A stretch of 64,000 bases of DNA, taken from Negaprion brevirostris (taxonomy: Eukaryota). Both the position numbers and the translations under genes were made by a program. The notes under the pieces are model-generated. The model worked only from the letters and a program-made list of their open reading frames with translations, did no database searches and had not been told where the DNA came from. The stretch spans positions 66,166,622 to 66,230,621 of the forward strand of contig JARDVH010000001.1 of NCBI GenBank assembly GCA_030324005.1, written 5' to 3'. Positions 1 through 12,639 of this stretch are shown piece after piece. Positions within the stretch are counted from its first letter, which is position 1. Each line of letters starts with the position of its first letter.

Positions 1-83
1 AAGAACCTTCCTCTCACGTCCAAGTTATACCTCTCCCCCCTCACCCTTAAATCATGACCTCTCGTATTAGTACCCAGTCTAGT

Positions 84-326
84 GTTGTCAGACTTCTTAC
101 AGGGGAGGTCCCAGAGGATTGGAAAATAGCCAATGTTGTCCCTTTGTTTAAGAAGGATAGAAACAATAATCCAGGTAATTACAGGCCAGTGAGCCTTACA
201 TCAGTGGTAGGGAAATTATTGGAGGGGATTCTTCAAGACAGGCTTTACTCCCACTTGGAAAAAAGTGACGATTAGTGAGAAAAGGGCCTGTTCCTGTGCT
301 GTAATTTTCTTTGTTCTTTGTTCTAG
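84..326 (+). mobile_element. CR1/HER1-type LINE fragment: ORF2 pre-RT segment joined directly to the 3' tail
   Basis: Translation VPEDWKIANVVPLFKK...PGNYRPVSLTSVVGKLLE is a CR1 ORF2 signature. It is followed at ~282 by the 3' end GGGCCTGTTCCTGTGCTGTAATTTTCTTTGTTC, also seen at ~10515-10550. Confidence 0.85.
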
Positions 327-489
327 ATTACCCCATCATTTTTCTGTAACGTAAGGAATAGAGATATTGGGCAGAATCATTGTTGACGACGTGAGTCTCA
401 GCCACCACCTGGAGAATTATTGCAACCCCTGAGTTACCTCTTTTCAACAATGACCATGGCACCGTGTGCCACTCAGGCACTTTTTGAGA

Positions 490-785
490 TTTAAAGTTTA
501 TTCATTAGTGTCAAAGTAGGCTTACATTAACACTGCAATAAATTTACTGTGGTAATCTCTGAGTTGCAACACTCCAGTGCCTGTTTGGGTACACTGAGGG
601 AAAATTTAGCATGACCAATGCACCTCTACCAGCACACCTTTCAGACTGTAACAGGAAACAGGAGCATCCAGAGGAAACCCATGCAGACTTGGGGAGAACA
701 CACAGACTCTGCACACACAGTGGCCCAAGTTGGGAATTGAACTTGGGTCCCTGGCACTGTGAGGCAGCAGTGTAACTACTGTGGC
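490..785 (-). mobile_element. HE1-like tRNA-derived SINE, alternative-tail subfamily
   Basis: Reverse complement has the tRNA-like head (CACAGTAGTTACACTGCTGCCTCACAGTGCCAGGGACCCAAGTTCAATTCC), the conserved central domain and the tail ...GTAAGCCTACTTTGACACTAATGAATAAACTTTAAA. Confidence 0.85.
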
Positions 786-3142
786 CTGCAGCAGACTTTC
801 CTGAAGGATCAAGAGCCCCAGGCCGGAAATCCCCAGATGCCAAGAACTGCCAGCCAAACACAGGTAGAGAATTCTTCTGTACTCGACAGCACCACCATGC
901 AAGCGAGGGCTGCTGCCAGTACTCTATCCACCTGAGTCCTCATATCGCTGAAGGACCCAGGCACAGGGGAGTGATGGTGGGATGGGAATAGTGGGTGATA
1001 GGGGAAGGGGGTTGGCAACCGGGGCAGGGGAGCAGCTATCAGTGCGCCAACCCCTTCCTGATGCCAGGTTTCTCAATCAGGCACTGAGTGCCTTTGAACA
1101 AGATAGACCCACAAACAAACATTTCAATGTTTGCTTGTTGTGCTTCCCACATAGTGAGCTCCCAGCCCGTCACTGCATAGCATGGTCAAGTTGGGCCAAA
1201 GGGCCTGTTTTATACTGAAAACCTCTAAACCTCTATAACAGTGATCACACCAATATCAATTAATAATGGGTATGGGCAGGTCATTTACAGGCCTCTCCAT
1301 GACAGATTTAATCAGGGTGAAAGCAGGAAGATAGCAGTATTCCCACTTGCCACACTTCCACCTGATTGAATGCTCTACCACCAAACTGTCCACGGACAAG
1401 ATTACCACTCAATTTCTCTTCAAAGGGCAAAACCTCTATCCCTGGAATCAATCTGGTCAACACTCAATGCACTCCCTTTAAAGCAAGTATTCTCTTCCTT
1501 AAGTAAGAAGACCAAATCTGTACACAGTACTCCGCATGTAGACTCCCCATGGTACTATATAATTAAAATAAGAGTTCTTTACTCTTATGCTGCAATCCCT
1601 TTGTAATAGGGTAACATATCACCACCTATCTAAGTACTTGTTGTGAATGTCAGTGTTAACTTTCCATGACTCATATGCAATACAAACTATTGTCTGTGTA
1701 AAAATGGTATAATAATGCTGAAAAGAAAAACTGGAAAAACTCTGGAAATTTAAAATAGAAATAGAAATCATTGCAAGACTTTAACCCGTACAGTCTGTTT
1801 TCTATTTTGAGTTAGCTTGCTCTCTGTTCTAAGCTGATTGGGAGCAGTGCTCCAGTCCGACATGCTTACAACATGGCTTCTAGATAATTCTGCCTGAGAG
1901 AAGACTCTATCCTCTGGTGTGATCACTCGCTCTCAGTTTCTGTTAGTCCCTCAAGTCAGGTGACTCACTTCTGCCACACTGCCTGAAAGACACAGGCTCC
2001 ACATAGAACAATATTCAAGGCTGCAATGCATGTTTCCCCACTCCTTGGGCCCTAATTGATAAAATACTGTACAAACCAAATCTTTCCTGAAAGCTGTCAC
2101 CACTGACAAGACTCCTCCATTTGAGTTACATTCTGTCCAACAATCTGCCTTCCTTGTACTCTGTTGTGAAAGCAAAAAGCAGCAATCTGATGAAGGGTGA
2201 TGGACTTAGAGTGTCTCTGCAGTTCTCTTGCTTGCACCCCTCCCTCACCCTCCCACCGCCTATTAAAAATACAATAGCTAAATCTGCGGAATTTCAAGGT
2301 CACCTAGGAAAACTTCACATTTTGTTGGCTATTTTCTTTCTCTTCAAAATTGTGGGTAGACAAATAAAATGGGAACATGTTTCATTGATTTGTAAATGAA
2401 CTGGGGCTAGTTTGTTGCTACTCTCTCGCTCCCCTCTGTTGTTGAGGGATTCATCTAGTTTGGGGCCATTTGATTTCAATGCAACTTCTCCCAGGACCGT
2501 GCAGGAAACAGGAGTCCAGCCTCTCAGTAACAACTCCTACGTGTGGCTGAAGACCACCAGCCCAGGCTGGAAACAGAATGCTCTGGTATATATTAAACCC
2601 TGTTTTCACAGACAGTGGTTTGACCGTTGCAGTCTTGCCCATTTTCAAAAACAGTTTGAAAACACTGAACGAGAGCACTTAGGTTTATTTCCTTCTCCAC
2701 CAACTTTAATATTTCCCCCCTGAAGGATGTACATATGAAACATCAACCAGAATACGCAACAAAGAATTCAATTTAACATCTCAGTTAAAATAAAGATTTG
2801 GATTGCGTGTCCTCAGTACTCAAAACCCTGTCATCTTACAGTAAATTGGTTGAATTGCTGTATTTTGATTTCCTCATCACTTGTGAATGGGGCAATGAAA
2901 AAAATCAAAGTCACAGTTTCTTCATGTCTCTCAGAAGTTGAATCCACAGCTGTTAACTTTGATGGTTCCACTATTAGTTTTTCCTTGCCTATAGAAATTT
3001 TCAGCCTTAGTACTTCAAATTAAGCTCTCATATCTTCTGCACTGCTGTAACTTTATTCAACATCCTCAATTTATTTTCCTGTGCCACACTTTTCTATTAA
3101 CAAATGTTAATCTGCTAAATTGCTGAAGGACGTTCAAGTTCT

Positions 3143-3606
3143 TGATTTAATTTGATTTATTATTTTCACGTGTTGCTATACAGTGAAAAGTATTGTTTCT
3201 TGCACGTTATAGAGACAAAGCATACCATTCATAGAGAAGGAAACAAGAGAGTTCAGGATGTAGTGCTACAGTCATAACTAGGGTATAAAGAAAGATCAAC
3301 TTAGTGCAAGGTAAGTCCATCCAAAAGTCTGATGGCAGCAGATACTCTTGAGTTGGTTGGCAATTGACCTCAGACTTTTGTATCTTTTTCCCAACGGAAG
3401 AAGGTAAAAGAGAAAATGTCCAGGATGCATAGGATCCTTGATTATGCTGGCTGCTTTGCCGAGGCAGTGGGAAGTGTAGACAGAGTCAGTGGATGGGAGG
3501 CTGATTTNNNNNNNNNNNNNNNNNNNNTCTTAGGCAGAGCAGGAGCCATACCAAGCTGTGATACAACCAGAAAGAATGCTTTCTATGGTGCATCTGTAAA
3601 AGTTTT
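3143..3606 (-). mobile_element. Rex1/Babar-like LINE 3' end
   Basis: Homologous by eye to 49555-50077 and 56803-56930, the latter encoding a Rex1/Babar C-terminal motif. (ATTTG)n-like tail at ~3143-3160. Confidence 0.7.
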
Positions 3607-4402
3607 GAATACAGTTTCCATACCTGGAGAAGTACTTGTAGCGTGTCTTAAATACTCTCGGACAAGATACTAGAAAAAGCTCTTCACTTGCTGGGAAAGC
3701 TCATTCTTGGCTTGATTTGCAACAGTCATTCTATCCTGGCTTCATTTTTACCAATAGTCAGTGCTTTTCTAAACTATCCTTTTGTCTTTTCTAACCGTCA
3801 ACTCGGCCACTTTCACTTCCACTTATGTCTTCAATAGGTGGAGTTTTCCCTGGCCAGTGGTAGCAAGATCCAGTCTGTGAGCAGTTGAAAAAATCCTGGA
3901 ATTTGCTGCCAGATTGGGATCCACAGTCATCCAGCCTTAGGGTGAAATGGAAAGCAAGCATCTGTTGGGTAAGTAATTAAGAAATAGTTATGGTGGTTTA
4001 AAAGGCAATTAAGAACTGTTTGGATCCTCTACTGTGGATTCCCCAGTGACAGGAACGATACACTAGCCTCAGAACAACTCACCAGTGTCATCAAGACATG
4101 ATGCAAGTGGAACTGACAATCTAGGAAAGCGTTGATTGGTTACACTGAAGAAGTCCAGCCATGGTCATTGACAGATCACTGTTCGAAGCACTTCATCTCT
4201 CATAGAATGCTATTACTGCTTGGAAGGCACTTCACTGTTTAGAACTTCACTCAGCTGCAGAAACACTACCCAGTGCCAGCCTTTATCATGGTACCTCCTT
4301 ATGCAGGTTCACCTTATATTTCTGCCCATACTCTCTGGAGTTTAAAAGCATGACAGAAGATCTCAGGAAAACATGCAAGAATCTGAAGGGGCTTGACAGT
4401 GT

Positions 4403-4712
4403 AGAATCACAGAATCCCTGCAGTGCAGAAAGAGGCCATTTGGCCCATCAAGTCTGCATCAACAAGAATCCCACCCGGCCCTATTCCCATAACCCATGTA
4501 TTCATCCTGTAAATCCCTCTGACACTGGAGTCAATTTAGCATTGCCAATCAACCTAACTCACATACCTTTGGACTTCGGGAGGAAACCAGAGCACCTGAA
4601 GGAAACACATCTAGATATGGGGAGAATGTGCAAACTCCACACAGACAGTGACCCGAGGCTGGAATTGAACACAGGTCCCTGACGCTGTGAGGCAGTACTG
4701 TGCCACCATGCT
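4403..4712 (-). mobile_element. HE1 (V-SINE), CR1/HER1-type tail
   Basis: tRNA-derived head, central domain, and tail reading ...GGCCTCTTTCTGCACTGCAGGGATTCTGTGATTCTA on the minus strand. Confidence 0.9.
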
Positions 4713-4734
4713 CCCCTGTAGACACTGAAGTTGT

Positions 4735-4840
4735 TTCAAAAACAGAAAATGCTGGAAATTCTCTGCAAGTCTGATAGCATCTGTGGAAAAAGAACAGCGG
4801 TAATGTTTCAAGTCTGGATGACTTTTCATCAGAGCATTCA
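4735..4840 (-). mobile_element. Penelope-like element terminal repeat fragment with hammerhead motif
   Basis: Plus strand AAACAGAAAATGCTGGAAATT...GCATCTGTGGA recurs near 14480-14605, 21085-21170, 30570 and 41345. Minus strand reads CTGATGA-A-AAGTC-ATCCA-GACTT-GAAA. Confidence 0.6.
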
Positions 4841-5639
4841 GCATCCGCAACAATTTGCTTCTAATTGAGGTTGTTTTTCCTGGCTGGAGAACGTCAAACA
4901 TGGGTGCACAGTCTCAAGTTTAGAGGTTGAGAAATGAAATAAGGACCTATGATTGTGAATCTTTGGAATTCTCATTAAGGAAACTGGAGAACAGGTGGGA
5001 AATAGCAGTTCATGCGAAATATCAATCATGATTGTATTGAATACTGGAGCAAGTTTGAGGGCCCTTTTGATCTTCACTTGCTCATATTTTTTCTGTTCTT
5101 ATTTGTCTACAAGACATGGGTGCAAGTGGGAAATACACTGAGGATGAGTGTGAGGGTTTGCTGTTTGTGAGGGTTTGCTGTTTGGATGGAGATGTGAGGA
5201 TGTGCCTGCAGGGAGAGGAGCTGTAAAGTCTGCTGTAAGGTGCATCCACTGATGGAGAAAGCTGAGCAAATCGGAGTGTGGGCTTAGTTCCTTAAAGTGT
5301 TGCACTACTTATCTGCCAAGTCTGCCTGAGCCCCTGGATCCTCTTGGACACTTTCTCCAGGCTGCTGCTGACTTCCTCAGCCGCTTCTATCTGCAGCTGT
5401 TTGACTCTTCCCCCCACCTTTAATTTGAAATCATTCCCTAGACAGAATAGCCGCAGCATGCTGCCCTAGCTCCCTAATTCATAGAGTAATTTGGCAATGT
5501 GGTACAAATGCCATTGCTTTGGGAAAGAGCCGTGACAAAACCCATTCATTGAGAGTTTAATTCGAGACTTATATGGAATTCAAATTTCACTTTCTGCCAT
5601 GGTAGTCCAGTGACAATATCATTATGCCACCGGTTCACC

Positions 5640-6117
5640 TGGTGCAGAAGGAGGCTATTCGGCCCATTGAATCTGCACTGACATCAATCCCCCCAGGCCC
5701 TATCCTCACAACCCCACATATTTACCCCACTAATCCCTCTAACATAAACATCCCGGGACACTAAGGGGCAATTTAGCATGGCCAATGCACCTAACCAACA
5801 CGTCTTTCAGACTGTGGGAGGANNNNNNNNNNNNNNNNNNNNNNNNNNNNNNNNNNNNNNNNNNNNNNNNNNNNNNNNNNNNNNNNNNNNNNNNNNNNNN
5901 NNNNNNNNNNNNNNNNNNNNNNCAATTTAGCACAGACAATGCACCTAACCCACACGTCTTTGGACTGTGGGAGGAAACCAGAGCACCCAGAGGAAACCCA
6001 TGTAGACACAGGGAGAATGTGTAGACTCCTCACAGACAGTGACCCAGGCCAGGAATTGAACGCAGGTACCTGGACCTGTGAGGCAACAATGCTAACCACT
6101 GTGCCACCATGCCACCC
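5640..6117 (-). mobile_element. HE1 SINE spanning an assembly gap
   Basis: Head GGGTGGCATGGTGGCACAGTGGTTAGCA at ~6117, tail at ~5640, N-run 5823-5922. Confidence 0.85.
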
Positions 6118-6379
6118 CAATTAGTTGTATCAGGGTTGAACGTAGAGTGAGGGATATGCCAGGCTACGATATAATGAATTGTGGTTATGCTTCTCCTGCA
6201 GTCAATGCCCCACAGCTCCTCATACATGCCCAGTTTTGAGCTTTTAAACCTTAAGATATCATATAGCATTCACTATTCCTTATCCACCCTTTCTAATTTA
6301 TCTGTCCATTCATTTTGATATCACTTGCTTTAAGCTATATTAAAATTCAAAACACTAGGGATTCTACGATTCTATGAAT

Positions 6380-7060
6380 AGTGTAGAAGGGCAGGCCAGA
6401 AGCAGCACCAGGCATATCTAGGAGTGAGGTGTCAACCTGGTGAAGTTACAGAAGGAGAATCTAATCATTTCCCCGACATTCAATTGCATTACCATTACCG
6501 AATCTCCTACAATCAACATCCCGGGGGTTACCAGGTGAATCGGTGTCATAATGATATTGTCACTGGACTACTGCTTTGGGGACTTGGGTTCAAATCCCAC
6601 CATGGCAGAAAGTGAAATTTGAATTCAATATAAATCTGGAATTAAACCATTGGCGATTGTCATAAAAACCCATGTCCTTTACAGAAGGAAATCTGCTCTA
6701 CTTACCTGGGCTGGCCTACAAGTGACTCAATGTATTTGATTCTTAATGGCGTAGCTATTCGTTTCAAGGGCAATTAGGGGTGGCCAGTAAATGCTGGCCC
6801 AGTCTATGATACCAATATGAATATTAAATAAAACATTGACCAGAAACTGAACTGGGAATTCTGCAATGAAGCCTGTACACCATCAAAAAGATTCAAGCGT
6901 GGAGTGTGATAGAATCCTATCCGCTGCCTGCGGAAATGCAGTTCTAGCAGTGCTCAAGAACATTCCCATACAGAGTGGTGCGCTTGATTGGCACCCTATT
7001 CACCAAGTTAACTCTCCATCACTGATGCACATGTCTACAAGTTGCTGTACACCAACTTAG
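6380..7060 (+). mobile_element. Old LINE fragment interrupted by a SacSINE1/DeuSINE-like SINE (~6535-6832)
   Basis: Flanks rejoin as ...CATCCCGGGGGTTACCA|TTGACCAGAAACTGAACTGG. The insert has GGTTCAAATCCCACCATGGCAG and the tail AAGGGCAATTAGGGGTGGCCAGTAAATGCTGGCC. Confidence 0.65.
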
Positions 7061-8201
7061 GACACAGCCAGAAGAGACAAAAACTAGCAATTTTGTATGA
7101 GAAAAACATTCGTCCTCCGAGACAACGAATCACTATAGATACATTAAAAGTTAAAATGACCCGCAGTTATGTTTTAACAATCTTCCATTATTAATTTTCT
7201 GGTCGTACAAATTTCATGTTCAGTTTATTTAACTTCACAGCTTGCCGTGGTGTCGTTCCAACTCCCAGAATCCTGAGGTGACCACATGAAGTTTAAACAA
7301 AATTATAACAAGGCCAAGAATAACAACAAGATGACATAATTTAATTTTTAAGAAGTGAGATATTGATGGTGAGACATCTGTCTGAATTCTGTTAGTGTTA
7401 TCTAACTAGAGACCATTTGAACCCCTTGAGAAATGGCATCAATAGTTTAAAAAAATGCTATTCTTGGTTTCTTACTGGAGCTACTTCAGGAGCCAAAAAA
7501 ACTCCATGGAGCTTCAGGTTCTTTCTCCATAGTTCTCATAAGAACATAAGAATACAAGTTCAAATTGTACTGATGCAAAAGTCAATAAATTGATGCCTAT
7601 AGACTGCTGGTAGTACTGCAGAAAATAATGTCCTCATCATCTGTGAGTGAAAGTGTAGAATGGCCAATTTAACTGAGTGGCTTCAGTTAAGAAAAATAAC
7701 TGTCAAACCTGTCAGGTTGTTAAAAAATCAAATCAGTTTGCTACATGGTCTTCAGGGAGAGAGGCTGCTGCCGAAAGGACTGGCACCAGAGTCCCAGGAT
7801 CATGGAGTGAATGCTGTGGAGAGGGGTTGGGGGAAGGTTTCATGGGATGGGGTCATGGGGAGAGTGGTTCAGAGGGGTCAGCAGAGGGGCAGGGGGCTGG
7901 CTGTCAGAGTAATTTCTGCTTTCTGATGTCCAATCCCTCGATCAGGCACTGAGTGTCTTTGATTGCTGGACCCAACCAATGGGCCACACCTGACATGCAC
8001 ACCACATGGAGAGAGGCATTCCTGTAGCTGGGCTAATACAGAAGCAGCAGGGTGAGGCCCTTAACAGTCATTAATTAGCCAACTAAGAGCCCCAATTGGC
8101 AGTGTGGCAGTGAATTTATTCAGCAAGTNNNNNNNNNNNNNNNNNNNNNNNNNNNNNNNNNNNNNNNNNNNNNNNNNNNNNNNNNNNNNNNNNNNNNNNN
8201 N

Positions 8202-9700
8202 GGAGCATGCAAGCAACAGGAAAAGCTGTTGACATACATTTTTATTAATCCAAATAGGCACAGATTCTCCTTTTTCATGAGCTTCAATTTTGTTAACCAG
8301 GCTTTTATGTGGTACTTTGTCAAACACTTTCTTAAGAGTCTATAAAGTTGACATCTCCTGGATTCCCTTCATCAATCTTCTCTAATAGTTCATCAGAAAA
8401 TTCAATTAGATTAATGGAGCATGAACTTCTTTCCCACATCTGTGCTGGCTCCTCCTAATTAACTCAAACCATTGCGAATGCTTGTTAATTTTTTCTGATT
8501 ACTGTTCCAAAAATCTTACTCACGAATGATGTTAAATGACTGGTCTATAATAACTAGTGTTATAATCCTTTTAGTGACTGTTAATGTTTAAAGAAAAATC
8601 TGAAAATATAGCGATCAGGCAACAGAATTGCACAAGTTTTCATGATTTTACCAACTTAATGTTTATCAGAAAAATTAAACAGAATAACCACTATTAACTC
8701 AACACAATAGTTTGGGATTATTTATGCTATAAATTCAAGTCTACTTTTTACTTCCCCCAAAAATTATGATCTATGAATTCTATGATCCATGAATTCTCTT
8801 GAATGCTACAAAAATCTTGAAGGTGCAGTCACTTTTTTAGTGGTCAGCCTAAAGTTATGCCACAACCATTCAGCATTCAGCTTAATTCTCCTGAGTATTC
8901 TAGCTACCCTCTGATGTAAGGTTCTCTGCCCCTTGCTGGTTGCTGGCAGATATCTGAGTAACTGTTTTGGAGCTTCACATCTCTTTGTGGATGTAAGTGT
9001 TATTGTAATTGGAAAGGAGATCTAGTCATTTCTCTGGAAACTGTTGTTTTCACAGGTCCCTAATGGTCCAAATTTCCTTGCATCTGTGGTATAATTCACT
9101 CCACAATGAGCACACATGTTTTGGGATGGTTCAACAGAAATACAATCAAATTGTTTACCTTCAATGCTACTCTTTGATTCTGTATGAATAATTTATGTTG
9201 CTCATAGAGTTTTATGATCCTTTCTCCAGACTCCCTCTATCCAGGAAGAAACCCCATGCTAACAATGCTGCTTTTGGCTTCTTTTCATCTGGAAGTTACA
9301 GATAAAATTTAAGTCTTTTATTGTAATAAAAGGAGACATCCTGGCTCTAGTAAACTAAGATAGAAGAGCTCTGATTGTTTATTGCTACTGCAACTATTCC
9401 CATGATCTTGTGAGATAAACATAGGTTACCTATTAACTGTACTAAACCCAAGTTTGTTTGTATTATATTTACACCAGAATTATTACCAGTTTCTCAAACA
9501 GATGTCCACTTATCTTACATTTAGCACCTCTAACCTAAATGTTTTATTCCTGAAACAAGAAGTTATATTCTAAAACATATTAATTATAGACAATATTTCT
9601 GCAACACTAGGAATGTCCTTACCCCCTTTCTTGAACCAGTGTCACATTTGCCACTTCCTATTTCTCTGGCATCTCTAAGGTGTTGTCTCTGCCCACATTC
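8202..9700 (-). mobile_element. Decayed CR1 RT fragment split by a solo LTR
   Basis: ORF MFDKVPHKSLVNKIEAH. The flanks at 8557 and 9611 rejoin into continuous CR1 sequence. Confidence 0.7.
8558..9606. mobile_element. Solo LTR (Gypsy-like), 1049 bp
   Basis: Begins TGTTATAA, ends TGCAACA. Exact 4-bp TSD CTAG at 8554-8557 and 9607-9610. Confidence 0.75.
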
Positions 9701-10214
9701 CTCACCAACCGAGGGCTCACGCCATCTAGACAAGCGAACTATCCACTACAAAGATAATCAACCTTGCAAGTGCATCCTGCCTAAGTACTTTCACCACATT
9801 ACCACTAAAATCTCCATTTCCATTGATATTTTATCAGCATCCTCTTCCTTAGAAAACAGGAAAACAAAGTACTTTATGGCCCGTAACTTCCTGGCTCACC
9901 GGCACTAGATTTGGGGGGTATCCCAAAAGTGCACTGGAAAATCCCTCTTGAAAGTTCCCAGGTTAGAGTTTACTTGGCAATATCCAGAAGCTTTAGCTCC
10001 CTCTGGAATCATGCTTCGCTGGAAACTATTCAACAAAGCAATGTAAGTCATTAACCTTGGATGGATCTACCAGTATTACATTAACTCTAAAAAAGCTATT
10101 AAAAAAATTAAACCACTTCTAACTTCAGCATAACTATTTCAAATGCCCAGATCAAGTCCCACAGGGGACACCCCATCCACACTCTGAACCCTCACCTCTG
10201 ACTAATAGTTCTGA

Positions 10215-10552
10215 CTAATTGGATAGTCAGAAGGTTTTTCCCCAGGGTGGAAGAATCAATTACTAAAGGGCACAGGTTTAAGGTGCGAAGGGCAAGGTTT
10301 AAAGGGGATGTACAAGGCAAATATTTTACACAGAGAGTGTGGGTGCCTGGAAATTGTTGTCGGGGGAGGTAGTGGAAGCAGATACGATAGTAACTTTTAA
10401 GGGACGTCTTGACAAATACATGAATTGGATGGGAATAGGGGGATATGGTCCCCAGAAGGGTAGGGGGTTTTAGTTAAGTCAGGCAGTATGGTCGGTGCAG
10501 GCCTAGAGGGCCGAAGGGCCTGTTCCTGTGCTGTAATTTTCTTTATTCTTTG
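10215..10552 (+). mobile_element. CR1 LINE 3' end (5'-truncated)
   Basis: ORF2 C-terminal sequence (TTTTACACAGAGAGTGTGGGTGCCTGGAA) and 3' terminus GGGCCGAAGGGCCTGTTCCTGTGCTGTAATTTTC. Confidence 0.85.
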
Positions 10553-10559
10553 TTTAATC

Positions 10560-11800
10560 AATCCCCCTTCTTTTCGGCCACTGGTTGAAGATTATGGCCC
10601 TAAGTATTTTAGTCTTGTCCTGTATATCGAACCACCCACTTTTTCACAAATAAGCCCTAGCCTACCTCTTACTATCTACTTATTATTTACATACTGGTAG
10701 AAGATTTATGGTTTTGTTATGTGTTAACTGCAATGTCATTCTCATATTGTCTTTTGTCCAGTTTTATTTTCTTCTTCACTTCCTCCCTCAGCCATTAAAT
10801 TTGACCTGGGTCTCATGTGAAGAATTCATTTAATGTGCATGATGCATCATCTTTGGTTTCACCATAATCTCTCATCCACAGAGCCCTGGAGCCCTAGCTT
10901 TGGTTCCCCCACCTTCTCTCTTGTTGGAATGTACCCAAATCATCTCCTCCTTAATTCCATTATCAGTCTTTGGGTCCATTTTACTCCAGCTGGTTCCCCT
11001 CTTATCCCACTGAAATGAACCTTCTTCCAATTTCGAAGTTCTATTTTAGATTGGTCCTTGTTCCATTACTAATCTAAAACTTATGATATAACGATCACTC
11101 TTTCCTAAATGCTTCTCCACAGGCAGCTGACACACTTGACCCAACTGATACTCCAGTGCCAGATCCAGGAATGCCTCCTTCCTATTTAGGCTAAGAACAT
11201 ACTGGTCAAGGAAGTTCTGAACACATTTCACAAATTGTCCCTTCCTTTTTCATTTGTTCTAATGTTATCTCGATCAACATTTGGTCAGTGATGTCAGCAA
11301 ATTTAGCAACTATATATTTGATTCCTTCATTCAACTTATTTGTATAAATGTTGCCACATCATAACGATATACATCTGGCAGGAGTGTGTATAGAGATTCA
11401 TTCTATAGTTCTTGCACATCTTTTTAATTTCCTACAGATTTTCTCCTCTCTTCCTCACTATTTGGATTTCCATAAAATGTTGCAGTACTGTGATCTTACC
11501 CTTCTTGCTTCTCAAATCTAAACATGGACTCTGTCAAGGACATCTCTCTTTCTAACAAATCATTTTACGTAATTAGTGCTGCCATCCCATTTTGCCTTTT
11601 TCCTTCCCTATCTTCTCTGAACACTTTGTATCGGTGAATAATAACATAATTGCCACTATATCATATTCCCTCATGGTTATTTATACTTGTTGCTCAACAA
11701 CCTTATTTGCGTTTATATACATGCATTATCAGCCTGCCTTTGGATTACCCGTAGATCTTGTCATCTGTATCTAATATGATTACTATTCTTTCTCTCGTGC
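10560..11800 (-). mobile_element. Highly decayed CR1 ORF2 (endonuclease and linker region)
   Basis: ORF NFLDQYV...EAFLDLAL...HLGKSDRYII resembles the APE endonuclease C-terminus (LDL...SDH). Confidence 0.7.
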
Positions 11801-12193
11801 TATTCAACCATAGGTTGAATAAAATACTGAATATGAAGTCATCTGTTTTTATATCAGCTAATAAGAAAACAAATTTATTTAAGTATCATTCTGCAACAAA
11901 GTGTTAAGATACAAGATTTTGCTGAACTTTTAAGATGCTAGTATTTGCAGATTCAGCTTTGATTAGCAAGGTCAATTCTGCTCAGTATAATTGCAAGTAT
12001 CAAGGGAAAGATCTGTTCTCCATGTTATCTGTATTTCCCTAACGTGAGACTGAAATATTAAGTCTAAGCACTTTCTGAAAGGCACACATCAGAACATCTT
12101 CTTTCAGTGAGATACTAAAAAAAAATTCTCCTATGTATAATGTACTGCAAATTTAATATCTTAACCCCAGCATCCTTTAAAGATTAAAATATT

Positions 12194-12328
12194 GGCAAGA
12201 GTTCTCTGGCCATTCATGTCCACCACCACTGCCTGTGAGAACAGAGAATTTGATGCTCAGCCAAATGTCCATTCACTGCAGCGGAACCGGAAAATTTCAG
12301 CTGCTGGCGAGGTCAGAGAATGCTCATT
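12194..12328. repeat. Short MITE-like element
   Basis: Homologous to 53901-54050 (shared GAGAATTTG..GCTCAGCCAAA...ATTCACTGCAGCGG); imperfect inverted ends. Confidence 0.6.
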
Positions 12329-12639
12329 GTCTTTCTAAATAAATACCAGATATATTTACCATGGAAAAAATAAAAGAAAGTCCATCAAATCTGATGCATT
12401 TTTTGCCATATTGGCAAATAATGGGACTAATCTTACCAGAAAATGACAGTGATGTTTCTGATGAGGAAACTGATGTGTTTCTCTCCTGAGAAACCAGTTG
12501 AATTCCTCTCCAGATCTTATGACACTTTGCCTAGTAAAATCAAGGGGCCATGTTTCATGTTGTTGTACAGAGGAGCAAGATATCAAAATGCCAGCAAAGC
12601 CCAGCTGCGCAGAGATTGAGGCACCATGTTTAAAGGAAC

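Noticed and set aside
544-902. Recurring short ORFs such as MAQWLALLPHS... and ...VSAWVSSGCSGFLPQS
   Set aside because: Spurious translations of HE1 SINE sequence.
5149-5184. 17-bp tandem duplication GTGAGGGTTTGCTGTTT (also a 13-bp duplication at ~58730)
   Set aside because: Two-copy local slippage with no spacers; not CRISPR-like.
5762-5975. Apparent internal duplication in an HE1 SINE
   Set aside because: The copies sit either side of a 100-N gap, so they cannot be separated from a scaffolding artefact or two adjacent SINEs.
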